Of a DNA stretch of 24,000 nt, positions 9,383-18,842 are shown piece after piece. A program made the position numbers and the translations under genes. Origin of the DNA: Acetobacteraceae bacterium (GTDB taxonomy: Bacteria > Pseudomonadota > Alphaproteobacteria > Acetobacterales > Acetobacteraceae); the NCBI GenBank assembly GCA_965199585.1, contig CBDASI010000002.1:2649255-2673254 (forward strand), read 5' to 3'. How positions within the stretch are numbered: the first letter of the stretch is position 1; each line of letters begins with the position of its first letter. The notes under the pieces are model-generated. The model searched no databases. It had not been told where the DNA came from and worked only from the letters and a program-made list of their open reading frames with translations.

Positions 9383-10012
9383 ATGCCCAAGATCACGCTT
9401 TATGGTTTCGACGGTTCCACCTATGTGCGGACCGTCAAGATGCTGCTGGCCGAGAAGGGCTGCACCGATTTTGAGCAGGTGCCGGTCAACGTCCTCAAGG
9501 GCGAACCGCAGGAGCCGGAGCACCTCGCGCGGCACCCGTTCGGGAAGGTGCCGGTGCTGGACTGGGACGGTTTCAGCATCCTCGAGACGTCGGCGATCAC
9601 GCGTTTCCTGAACGACGAACTGCTGGGCAAGTCGCTCGTGCCGGCCTCGGCGCATGATCGCGCCCGCATGGACATGGCCATCGGGCTGATCGACTCCTAC
9701 GGCTACGCGGCGCTAATCGGCGGCGTGGCCGCGTTCCACCTGTTCCCTGACTTCGTCGGCGGCAAGAACGAGCAGATGCGGCGGGACGGCCTCGAGAAAG
9801 GCCGCACGCTGCTGGAATACCTAATGAAGATCCGCGGCAGCTCGACGTTCATCGCCGGCGAGCTCAGCCTGGCCGACCTCTATCTGGCGCCGATCATGGC
9901 CTATGTCTCGATGACCCCGGACAAGGACGCGGTGTTCGGCGTCTCCGGCCTTGCCGCTTGGTGGGACGCGGTGAGCGCGCTCGACTCGTTTAAATCGACA
10001 CCGCCGGGCTGA
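9383..10012 (+). CDS. Glutathione S-transferase family protein
   Basis: 209 aa. Thioredoxin-like N-terminal domain (ITLYGFDGSTYVRTV, FGKVPVL, ILETSAI = cis-Pro/E-S glutathione-binding elements) and a helical C-terminal domain (SLADLYLAP). AGGA lies 7 nt upstream of the ATG. Confidence 0.85.
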   Translation: MPKITLYGFDGSTYVRTVKMLLAEKGCTDFEQVPVNVLKGEPQEPEHLARHPFGKVPVLDWDGFSILETSAITRFLNDELLGKSLVPASAHDRARMDMAIGLIDSYGYAALIGGVAAFHLFPDFVGGKNEQMRRDGLEKGRTLLEYLMKIRGSSTFIAGELSLADLYLAPIMAYVSMTPDKDAVFGVSGLAAWWDAVSALDSFKSTPPG

Positions 10013-10033
10013 GGCCGATTCACGCGGATGCGG

Positions 10034-10058
10034 ACGCTGGAAGTATCGTTCAGCGTTT
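10034..10058 (+). terminator. Weak stem-loop after the GST gene (ACGCTG(GA)...(TT)CAGCGT followed by TTT)
   Basis: ACGCTG at 10034-10039 pairs with CAGCGT at 10051-10056. It is extendable by G.U and A-T pairs and is followed by only three T. Seen directly; stability not computed. Confidence 0.25.
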
Positions 10059-10117
10059 GAGCATTCGTTAACCAATCAGGTCGATACTGGGCATCGTGGC
10101 TTGGTTCGGGATCTAGT

Positions 10118-12133
10118 TTGTCGATCTGGTTGGCTCTCCGCAATGTGGTCGGCTCGGAGACCTGCCCGCAAATCGAACGGGCGCGGGTCAACGAACTTTG
10201 CTCGCGCATCCCCGCACTCTATCTGACGCTGAGTGTGAACATCGCCGCGATGGCCTGCACGCACGTTGCCGCCAACCCGGCGTGGCAGGCCGTCGGCATG
10301 CCGGCGATCATCGTGGCCTTCATCATCGTGCGTATGCTCTGGTGGGTAAGGCTCGATCCCGATCGGCTCAGCGACGAGCAGATCCATCTCACGCTTCGCA
10401 ACCTGTCGGTCGTCGGCGGGGCGATCGGCTTCGTCATCCTGATCTGGGCACTCTCGCTGCATGATGATCCATGGTCGCCGACGGGCGTCACGAGCGCGGG
10501 TCACTCGATCTTCTTCGTCGGCATCACCTTGGTCAGCTGCATCTTCCTGCTGATGCATCACCGGTTCGCGGCCGTCCTGCTCTGCGTCTGCATCGTGATC
10601 CCGTTCACCAGCTACCTTGTCTGGACCGGTCGTCTGATCGAGATCGCCATCGCGACGAACGTCGTGCTGGTCTCGTCCGCGATGCTCTACGTGGCGGTGA
10701 CGTTCTCGCGGCACTTCGAACGTTCGGTCGCCGCGGCGCTCGACTTGGTGCAGCTGAGCGCGTCCAACGCGCGATTGGCGGTGTCGGACGCCCTGACCGG
10801 TTTGCCCAACCGGCGGCAGTTCTTCGCCGAGATCGAGGCGGCTGGCGAGAGTGACGAGCCGTTCGTCGTGATCGTCCTCGACCTCGACGGCTTCAAGCCG
10901 GTCAACGACGTCTATGGCCATCATGCCGGCGATGAGGTGTTGCGCCAGGTCGCGGCGCGGTTCGTGGCGCTGGCACCGGAGCGATGTTGCGTTGCCCGGC
11001 TCGGCGGAGACGAGTTCGGCTGCGTCCTATCCGGTGCATCGATGCAGGAGGCCGGCGAGGTGGCCGAGCGGATGATCGCCGCCTGCGCAGACCCGATCGT
11101 GATGTCGACGTCTACTGCGATGGTCGGCGCGTCGGCCGGCATGTGCCCCTCGAGCGTCGTGCGCGAGGCGATCCGAGTCTATGAATGTGCCGACTTCGCG
11201 CTGTTCCACGCCAAGCGCGCCGGGCGCGGCAGGGTTGAGGCCTTCAACGCGGCGCACCAGAATTCCATGCGCCGCGACAGCGCCGTTGCGCACCAATTGC
11301 TCATGGCCGATTTTGAAGACGAGCTGACCGTCGTGTATCAGCCGATCGTCGCCTCCGCCGACCACGGGATTGTAGCGTTCGAGGCCCTGGTGAGATGGCA
11401 CAACCCGGCCCTTGGGCAGGTCGCGCCCGACGAATTCATCCCGATTGCCGAGCGCACGGACCTGATCTTCAGAATCTCGCTCCACGTCCTCAACAGCGCG
11501 CTCCTGCAAGCCGAGACATGGCCGGTGTCGATGCGGTTGAAGGTCAACCTGTCGGTCCGCGATCTGATGTCGAGCAAGCAGACCGAGGCGCTCGTCGCCA
11601 TGGTTCGTCTCTCGGGCGTAAATCCGAGCCGCGTCATGTTCGAGATCACCGAGACCATCATCGCGGAATCCATCGAACTGATCCGCGCCAACGTCGAGAT
11701 CGTGCGGGCGGCCGGCTGCAAGATCGCGATCGACGATTTCGGCGTCGGCTATTCCAGCCTGAATTACATTCACGTCTTCGCGCCGGATGTGATCAAGATC
11801 GACCGCTGCTTCATCGCGCAGAGCACGACGAACGACACCACCAAGCGGGTGATCCGCACCATCGTCGAGCTCGCCCGCAACGTGGGTGCCAAATCAGTCG
11901 CTGAGGGAGTCGAGAGCCTGGCTGAAGCGGAGCTACTCGCTGAACTTGGGTGCGACGAGCTCCAAGGTCATTATTTCTCGCAGGCCATCTCGGCCGACAT
12001 GTCGACCGCGATGGCCATCGCCCGGCGTGTTGACATCCCTGCGGCACAGGACGGCACCGGCCAGGGCGCTCGGCGGCTGTCCGGTGCACCGGAGGCCGAG
12101 GCGACCGACGCCCGGAGGACCGTACCGGCCTAA
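10118..12133 (+). CDS. Membrane-bound bifunctional diguanylate cyclase / c-di-GMP phosphodiesterase (6-TM N-terminal domain, GGDEF, EAL)
   Basis: About six hydrophobic helices in residues ~30-197. An intact GGDEF motif lies at nt 11003-11017 (RLGGDEFG), with the upstream LTGLPNRR and DLDGFKPVND motifs. The EAL domain has EAL at nt 11381-11389 (FEALVRW), EITE, DDFGVGYSSL, KIDRCF, AEGVES and QGHYFS. The start is uncertain: 10118 is a TTG directly after an in-frame stop, and the GTG at 10142 or a later codon is possible. Confidence 0.9.
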   Translation: MSIWLALRNVVGSETCPQIERARVNELCSRIPALYLTLSVNIAAMACTHVAANPAWQAVGMPAIIVAFIIVRMLWWVRLDPDRLSDEQIHLTLRNLSVVGGAIGFVILIWALSLHDDPWSPTGVTSAGHSIFFVGITLVSCIFLLMHHRFAAVLLCVCIVIPFTSYLVWTGRLIEIAIATNVVLVSSAMLYVAVTFSRHFERSVAAALDLVQLSASNARLAVSDALTGLPNRRQFFAEIEAAGESDEPFVVIVLDLDGFKPVNDVYGHHAGDEVLRQVAARFVALAPERCCVARLGGDEFGCVLSGASMQEAGEVAERMIAACADPIVMSTSTAMVGASAGMCPSSVVREAIRVYECADFALFHAKRAGRGRVEAFNAAHQNSMRRDSAVAHQLLMADFEDELTVVYQPIVASADHGIVAFEALVRWHNPALGQVAPDEFIPIAERTDLIFRISLHVLNSALLQAETWPVSMRLKVNLSVRDLMSSKQTEALVAMVRLSGVNPSRVMFEITETIIAESIELIRANVEIVRAAGCKIAIDDFGVGYSSLNYIHVFAPDVIKIDRCFIAQSTTNDTTKRVIRTIVELARNVGAKSVAEGVESLAEAELLAELGCDELQGHYFSQAISADMSTAMAIARRVDIPAAQDGTGQGARRLSGAPEAEATDARRTVPA

Positions 12134-12266
12134 TCGGCTTGCGCTTTACCGACGCGCGGCAACATGCGGTCTCGTCGAGGCGGTGCGGCGGTTCGGAAGC
12201 ACCCCACTCGCATTTCGGCACTGGTCCGGGGCATAACGGCTCCGCTTGGGTGGGTTAGGACGGCGT

Positions 12267-13082
12267 TTGCGGATATTGTTTTTGGGTGACGTTGTCGGCC
12301 GTTCCGGGCGGGATGCGATCTCGGCGATGTTGCCGGCGCTCAAGCTCGAGCTGCGCGCTGACCTCGTGGTCGTCAACGGCGAGAATGCCAGCCACGGGTT
12401 CGGGCTTGGGCCCGACATGGCTGAAGCCATTTTCGTCGCCGGTGCGGATGCAGTGACGCTCGGCAACCATGCCTGGGACCGGCGCGAGCTGATCCCTTAC
12501 ATCGCGCAGGAGAAGCGGGTGATCCGCCCGCTAAACTTTCCGCCCGGCACTCCTGGGGCGGGCTTCGTCGAGGTCACATTGGTCGATGGCCGCCGCGCGC
12601 TGGTGATTAACGCGATGGGCCGCTTGTATATGGACGCGCTCGACGACCCGTTCCGCGCCACCGCCGAATTGCTGGGCCGCTACAAGCTTGGTGCCAGCGT
12701 GCAGGCGATCGTCGCTGACTTCCACGCCGAGGCGACCAGCGAGAAGCTCGCATACGGACACTCGTTCGACGGCACGATGTCCCTCGTCGTCGGCACGCAC
12801 ACGCATGTGCCGACATCGGACCACCAGATCCTCGCAGGCGGCACGGCATACCAGAGCGATGCCGGCATGTGCGGCGACTACGACAGCGTGATTGGCATGG
12901 CCAAGCAGGGCGCGTCGGCGCGGTTCTGGACCAAGATGCCCGGCGAGCGCATGCAGCCGGCCGACGGTGCGGCGACGTTGTGCGGCATCTTCGTCGTCAC
13001 TGACGACAAGACCGGGCTGGCCAACAGCGTCGAAGCGGTGCGGCGAGGCGGGCGGCTGTCGCAGGCGACGCCGGTCCTATAG
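12267..13082 (+). CDS. YmdB-family (TIGR00282-like) calcineurin-type metallophosphoesterase
   Basis: (M)RILFLGDVVGRSGR, NGENASHGFG, GNHAWD, DFHAEATSEK and GTHTHVPT are the metallophosphoesterase metal-binding motifs in YmdB order. I prefer the TTG at 12267 (AGGA at 12257-12260, 6-nt spacer; homologs begin MRILF.GD) over the ORF-track TTG at 12246. Confidence 0.88.
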   Translation: MRILFLGDVVGRSGRDAISAMLPALKLELRADLVVVNGENASHGFGLGPDMAEAIFVAGADAVTLGNHAWDRRELIPYIAQEKRVIRPLNFPPGTPGAGFVEVTLVDGRRALVINAMGRLYMDALDDPFRATAELLGRYKLGASVQAIVADFHAEATSEKLAYGHSFDGTMSLVVGTHTHVPTSDHQILAGGTAYQSDAGMCGDYDSVIGMAKQGASARFWTKMPGERMQPADGAATLCGIFVVTDDKTGLANSVEAVRRGGRLSQATPVL

Positions 13083-13085
13083 AAA

Positions 13086-13101
13086 GGGGCTCCTGAGCCC
13101 C
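13086..13101 (+). terminator. Short GC hairpin GGGGCT-CCTG-AGCCCC 3 nt after the ymdB-like stop. It may be a weak terminator or processing site.
   Basis: Perfect self-complementary 16-mer read directly. There is no downstream T-tract, so intrinsic-terminator function is doubtful. Confidence 0.3.
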
Positions 13102-13123
13102 GACTCGAAAGTGAGACCAGCCC

Positions 13124-13870
13124 GTGGCCGGCCATAGCCAGTTTAAGAACATCATGCACCGCAAAGGTGCCCAGGACGCCAAGCGCGCGCGCCAATTCGC
13201 CAAGCTGATCCGCGAGATCACCGTCTCGGCGCGCCAAGGCCTCCCCGACCCGGCGTTCAACCCCCGCCTGCGCGCCGCGATGGCAGCCTCCCGCGAAGCC
13301 AACATGCCGCGCGACACCATCGAGCGCGCGGTCAAGAAAGCTACCGGTGCGGGGGGCGGGGACGATTACGTCGAGGTGCGCTATGAGGGCTACGGCCCCG
13401 CCGGCGTCGCGGTGATCGTTGAGGCGCTGACCGACAATCGCAACCGGACGGCGTCGGACGTGCGCTCGGCATTCAGCAAGTATGGCGGGGCGATGGGCGA
13501 GACGAACTCCGTCTCCTTCATGTTCAGCCGTCTCGGCGTGATCCGGTATCCGGCGAAGGCCGCATCCGCGGACGAAATGATGGAGGCGGCGATCGAGGCC
13601 GGCGCCGACGACGCGACCGACGATGCGGAGGGTCACGAGATCACCTGTCCGGTCGAGGATTTCTTTGCCGTGCGCGATGCCCTGGAGGCGCGCTTCGGCG
13701 TGCCGACGAGCGCCAAGCTCGAGTGGCGGCCGACCAACTCGATCATGCTCGACGAGGAGAAGGCCATCGGCCTGCTCAAGTTACTGGACGTGCTCGAAGA
13801 CAATGACGACGTTCAGAACGTCTATGCCAACTTCGACATCCCCGACGATGTCGCGCAGCGGCTATCCTAG
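13124..13870 (+). CDS. yebC: YebC/PmpR-family transcriptional regulator / DNA-binding protein
   Basis: 248 aa with a GTG start. The N-terminus (M)[31 protein letters not shown] is the family signature. It holds the conserved position upstream of ruvC. Confidence 0.95.
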   Translation: MAGHSQFKNIMHRKGAQDAKRARQFAKLIREITVSARQGLPDPAFNPRLRAAMAASREANMPRDTIERAVKKATGAGGGDDYVEVRYEGYGPAGVAVIVEALTDNRNRTASDVRSAFSKYGGAMGETNSVSFMFSRLGVIRYPAKAASADEMMEAAIEAGADDATDDAEGHEITCPVEDFFAVRDALEARFGVPTSAKLEWRPTNSIMLDEEKAIGLLKLLDVLEDNDDVQNVYANFDIPDDVAQRLS

Positions 13871-13888
13871 CGTTCCGCGAGCCACTCC

Positions 13889-14395
13889 ATGATCCGGCTG
13901 ATGGGCATCGACCCTGGCTTGCGGTTCACCGGCTGGGGCGTCATCGAAGCTGAGGGCAACCGTCTGCGGCACGTTGCCGACGGCGTTGTCGCAACAGATA
14001 ACTCGGAGGCAGTGCCAGCACGGTTGAAGTTCATCCACGATGCTCTTACCGCCTTGTTCCTGCAGTATTTGCCTGCCGAAGCCGCGGTAGAGGAGACCTA
14101 TGTCAACCGGAACGGCGCGGCGACGCTGAAGCTGGGCTATGCCCGTGGTGTGGCGCTACTGGCGCCGGCGCTGGCGGGCATCTCGGTGGCGGAATACGGC
14201 GCGATGGAAGTCAAGCGCGCCGTCGTCGGCACCGGTGCGGCCAAGAAGGAGCAGGTCGAGGCCATGGTCCGCCGCTTGCTGCCGGCCGCCACGCTGAAGC
14301 GGGCGGACGCCGCCGACGCGCTGGCGGTCGCCATCTGTCACGCCCACCACCGTCAGACCCGGCAGCGCATCGCGGCTGCCACGGTGATGGCATGA
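13889..14395 (+). CDS. ruvC: Crossover junction endodeoxyribonuclease RuvC
   Basis: 168 aa. Catalytic acidic residues in context: MGIDPG, AVEETYV, ADAADALAVAICHAHH. The stop overlaps the ruvA start (ATGA at 14392-14395). Confidence 0.96.
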   Translation: MIRLMGIDPGLRFTGWGVIEAEGNRLRHVADGVVATDNSEAVPARLKFIHDALTALFLQYLPAEAAVEETYVNRNGAATLKLGYARGVALLAPALAGISVAEYGAMEVKRAVVGTGAAKKEQVEAMVRRLLPAATLKRADAADALAVAICHAHHRQTRQRIAAATVMA

Positions 14396-14991
14396 TCGCG
14401 CTGCTGATGGGCCGGGTAGACAGCATCGAGGCCGACCGCTGCATCGTCGACGTCGCTGGCGTCGGCTATCTGGTCCAGGCCTCGACACGGACCCTGGCGG
14501 CGCTGCCATCCCCGCCGGCGATCGCCCGGGTGCTGGTCGAGACGCAAGTGCGCGAAGACGCGATCACGTTGTACGGCTTTGCGGAGTCGGCAGAGCGCGA
14601 CTGGTTCCGGCTGCTGCTGACCGTGCAGGGAGTGGGCGCGAAAGTCGCGCTCAACATCCTGTCGGCGCTGGGACCGCGTGAGCTGATCGGCGCCATCGCG
14701 TCCGGCGACAAGGGCAGCCTGATGCGGGCCCCGGGCGTCGGCGCTAAGCTGGCGATCCGGCTGTTGAGCGAGTTGCGGGAGAAAGCCGGCGCGATGCCGA
14801 GCGGCACGTCGTTGCCGATCGGGCTCGCCCCGCAAGGGCCGGAGCAGGACGCGCTGTCGGCGCTGGCTAATCTCGGCTACCGCCGGGCCGAGGCGCAGCC
14901 CGTGGTGGCGGCAGTGATTGCGGCGGCGGGCGAGGAGGCCGGGCTGGACGTCATCCTGCGTGAGAGCCTGCGCGAGCTGGCGATCAAATGA
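14392..14991 (+). CDS. ruvA: Holliday junction branch-migration complex subunit RuvA
   Basis: 199 aa. OB-fold N-terminus ([10 protein letters not shown]) and two helix-hairpin-helix motifs ([30 protein letters not shown]). There are ATGA overlaps with both ruvC and ruvB. Confidence 0.95.
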   Translation: MIALLMGRVDSIEADRCIVDVAGVGYLVQASTRTLAALPSPPAIARVLVETQVREDAITLYGFAESAERDWFRLLLTVQGVGAKVALNILSALGPRELIGAIASGDKGSLMRAPGVGAKLAIRLLSELREKAGAMPSGTSLPIGLAPQGPEQDALSALANLGYRRAEAQPVVAAVIAAAGEEAGLDVILRESLRELAIK

Positions 14992-16019
14992 GCGACCGTC
15001 CGATCAGCGCCGCACGGACCGAGGAGGACGCGGCCGACGCCACGCTGCGGCCACAGGTGCTGTCCGATTTCGTCGGGCAGAAAGCCAGCCGCGAGAACCT
15101 CTCCATCTTCATCCAAGCTGCGAGAGATCGTGCTGAAGCCCTTGATCATGTGTTGTTTCATGGGCCGCCGGGCCTGGGTAAGACGACGCTGGCGCAGATC
15201 GTGGCCCGCGAGTTGGGCGTCGGCTTTCGTGCCACCTCCGGCCCGGTCATCCAGCGCGCCGGCGACCTCGCCGCCATTCTGACCAACCTGCAGCCGCGCG
15301 ACGTGCTGTTCATCGACGAGATCCACCGCCTGCAGCCGGCGATCGAGGAGATCCTGTATCCGGCGATGGAGGACTTCCAGCTGGACCTCATCATCGGCGA
15401 GGGCCCGGCGGCGCGCAGCGTGCGGATCGATCTGGCCCCGTTCACGCTGGTGGGCGCCACGACCCGGGCCGGGCTGCTGGCGACGCCGCTGCGCGACCGT
15501 TTCGGCATTCCGCTTCGCCTCGTTTTTTACACCGCGGCCGAGTTGGAGCAGATCGTGTCGCGCGGCGCCGGCAAGCTCGGGTTCGATCTCGCACCCGACG
15601 GTGCGGCGGAGATCGCCAAGCGCTCGCGGGGCACACCTCGGATCGCCGGACGATTGTTGAGACGTGTCAGAGACTTCGCGGCCGTCCTTCGGCAATCACC
15701 GGTCGATCGCGTCATGGCCGACGCGGCGCTGACCCGGCTCGAGGTGGACAAGCGCGGCCTCGACGCGATGGACCGGCGCTACCTGCGGCGTATCGCGGAG
15801 CACCATCATGGCGGCCCGGTCGGCGTCGAGACCCTGGCTGCAGCCCTGGCCGAAGCGCGCGACACGCTGGAAGACGTAATCGAGCCGTTTCTCATCCAGG
15901 AAGGCCTGGTGTTGCGCACGAGTCGTGGGCGGATGCTGGGCGAAGAAGGGTGGCGGCATCTCGGCCTGGCACCGCCGCGGATGCAGCCGCAGCTCGACTT
16001 GCTGGCGGATTCGGAGTGA
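14988..16019 (+). CDS. ruvB: Holliday junction ATP-dependent DNA helicase RuvB
   Basis: 343 aa. Walker [12 protein letters not shown], Walker [11 protein letters not shown], sensor motifs ([25 protein letters not shown]). Confidence 0.97.
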   Translation: MSDRPISAARTEEDAADATLRPQVLSDFVGQKASRENLSIFIQAARDRAEALDHVLFHGPPGLGKTTLAQIVARELGVGFRATSGPVIQRAGDLAAILTNLQPRDVLFIDEIHRLQPAIEEILYPAMEDFQLDLIIGEGPAARSVRIDLAPFTLVGATTRAGLLATPLRDRFGIPLRLVFYTAAELEQIVSRGAGKLGFDLAPDGAAEIAKRSRGTPRIAGRLLRRVRDFAAVLRQSPVDRVMADAALTRLEVDKRGLDAMDRRYLRRIAEHHHGGPVGVETLAAALAEARDTLEDVIEPFLIQEGLVLRTSRGRMLGEEGWRHLGLAPPRMQPQLDLLADSE

Positions 16020-16044
16020 CGGCCAGCACAGAACGGTAGCGACG

Positions 16045-16446
16045 ATGGTTTATCGACTGAGATTGCGGGTTTACTACGAGGATACCGACGCTGGCGGCAT
16101 CGTGTATCATGCGCGTTACTTGGCGTTTGCCGAGCGTGCGCGCACCGAAGCCTTGCGTGAGGCGGGTGTCCCTCATGACGAACTAGTCACGCGATTTGGC
16201 CTGATCTTTGTGGTGCACCGCATCAAAATGGATTATTTGCGCCCCGTGCGGTTGGACGCCGAAATAATTGTCGAGACCGGGCCATGGTCGCTGCGAGGCG
16301 CCTCGGTCGATGTCGAGCAGTCATTCACGGTGGACGGCGAGCAGACGGGCCGGCTCTCGGTCGGTCTCGCCTGCATCCGCACGTCGGACGGCCGCCCCGC
16401 ACGGATCCCGCAGCGATGGCGGGATGCGCTCGGCGGGGCGGAATAG
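16045..16446 (+). CDS. ybgC: Tol-Pal-associated acyl-CoA thioesterase YbgC (4HBT hot-dog fold)
   Basis: MVYRLRLRVYYEDTDAGGIVYHARYLAFAERARTEALR is the YbgC/4HBT signature. It sits directly upstream of tolQ. I chose the ATG at 16045; the ORF-track extension to 15925 overlaps ruvB and adds non-homologous sequence. Confidence 0.9.
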   Translation: MVYRLRLRVYYEDTDAGGIVYHARYLAFAERARTEALREAGVPHDELVTRFGLIFVVHRIKMDYLRPVRLDAEIIVETGPWSLRGASVDVEQSFTVDGEQTGRLSVGLACIRTSDGRPARIPQRWRDALGGAE

Positions 16447-16461
16447 TTTTGGGGGTGCGAG

Positions 16462-17181
<720 letters not shown>

Positions 17182-17184
17182 GCC

Positions 17185-17715
<531 letters not shown>

Positions 17716-17728
17716 CCGCGGCCGGGCC

Positions 17729-18769
17729 ATGATCGTCGACCTTCGCCGCACTGGCGCCATCTCGGCCGCACTCCACGTCGCGCTACTCCTGGCGCTGCTG
17801 GTGACGCTGAAGCCGACGGTGACGCCCACGCCGGAGGAGCAATCGGTGACGATGGAGTTCGCCACCGAGCCCGGCGAGGTCCAGCGCGCGCAAAAACCGG
17901 CGCCGATGCCGTCGCCGTCGCCCGCCGAGGTGCCGACGGCCGATCTGCCATCGGTCGAGCCACCCAAGCCGACCCCGACCGAAATGCCGGCACCGCCGCC
18001 ACCGCCGCCCTTGCCGCCGCCGCCATCGCCGCAAACGCTGCCGGTGCCGGCCCCGCCGATCCCGCCGCCACCCGCGCCGGCGCCCGCCCCCTCGGCACCG
18101 ATCACGACGGCGCCGGCCCCGATCCTGGCGCCGGAGACGCCGCTGCCCGTGCCGCCAGTCCCGCCACCGCCGGCGCCCGCCCCCACGCCGACGCCGGCCA
18201 AGCCGACGCCGCAGGCCGCGCCCGCCGCGCCGAAGCCGGACGTGCGACCGCCGGCCGCCCGTCCTGCGCCAGAGCGCCCGACGCCGACGCAGCGCACCAC
18301 CAGCACGACCAGCCAGCAGAACCCGACCAAGAACACCGCCGACGACAGCAAGACGCTGGAAGCCACGCTCGAGCGACTTCGCTCGCTGCAGCGGCAGAGC
18401 CAGGCGCCAACCCGGCCGGCCAACCCGACCCGCGGCGGCGCGCCCGGCGGCGGCAGCCCCAACGGCGTCGACAACGCCAAGCTGTCGGGCAGCGAGCGCG
18501 GCGCCATCGGTGACCGCATCCGCGAGTGCTGGACCCGCGACGCCGGTGCCCGCGATGCGGACAAGATGTCGGCCGTGCTGTCGGTCACCACGGACTCGGC
18601 GGGCAACGTGCGCGACGTCAAGATCCTCACCCCGGGTCAGGGGCCCGGCGGAGTGGCGTTTGCGGAGCGGGCGCGCCGGGCTGCGCTGGATGCGCAGTGC
18701 AACCCGATCCCGTTGCCGAAAACGCTGCTCGGCCAGACACATACGTTCGAGATTAATTTCAAACCATGA
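17729..18769 (+). CDS. tolA: TolA-like cell-envelope integrity protein (TM anchor, proline-rich spacer, TolA/TonB-type C-terminal domain)
   Basis: Sits in the canonical slot between tolR and tolB. The N-terminal anchor GAISAALHVALLLALLV carries the S-x3-H motif shared by TolA and TonB. A C-terminal ~95-aa globular region has two Cys (RECW...AQCNP). I chose the ATG at 17729 (13 nt after the tolR stop); the ORF-track start at 17348 overlaps tolR out of frame. Confidence 0.8.
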   Translation: MIVDLRRTGAISAALHVALLLALLVTLKPTVTPTPEEQSVTMEFATEPGEVQRAQKPAPMPSPSPAEVPTADLPSVEPPKPTPTEMPAPPPPPPLPPPPSPQTLPVPAPPIPPPPAPAPAPSAPITTAPAPILAPETPLPVPPVPPPPAPAPTPTPAKPTPQAAPAAPKPDVRPPAARPAPERPTPTQRTTSTTSQQNPTKNTADDSKTLEATLERLRSLQRQSQAPTRPANPTRGGAPGGGSPNGVDNAKLSGSERGAIGDRIRECWTRDAGARDADKMSAVLSVTTDSAGNVRDVKILTPGQGPGGVAFAERARRAALDAQCNPIPLPKTLLGQTHTFEINFKP

Positions 18770-18842
18770 GCGATGCCGCAATGGTAATCGCCGCCGCTTT
18801 GCGCCATCTGCGCCTTCGCGCTTCTGACGACCGGAGTTTTGT

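Noticed and set aside
10076-10924. 282-aa minus-strand ORF opposite the GGDEF-EAL membrane domain
   Set aside because: Asp/Arg/His-rich nonsense composition. The plus-strand frame encodes coherent TM helices and a GGDEF domain.
10013-12266. GST / GGDEF-EAL segment as a horizontally acquired island, because of locally lower GC
   Set aside because: Hand counts of 60-nt lines give ~53-58% GC in parts of the EAL region. Similar values occur in ruvC (~57%) and ftsH (~55%). There are no flanking direct repeats, tRNA, integrase or IS elements. The evidence is insufficient.
12134-12266. Possible ncRNA or terminator in the 133-bp spacer after the GGDEF-EAL gene
   Set aside because: I found only a 5-bp stem (GGTGC...GCACC) with a 12-nt loop and no T-tract. 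That is too weak to call.
17894-18289. Low-complexity CCG/GCC-rich DNA as a non-coding microsatellite or VNTR
   Set aside because: It lies in frame inside the tolA ORF and encodes a continuous Pro/Ala-rich spacer. It is coding low complexity rather than an intergenic repeat.
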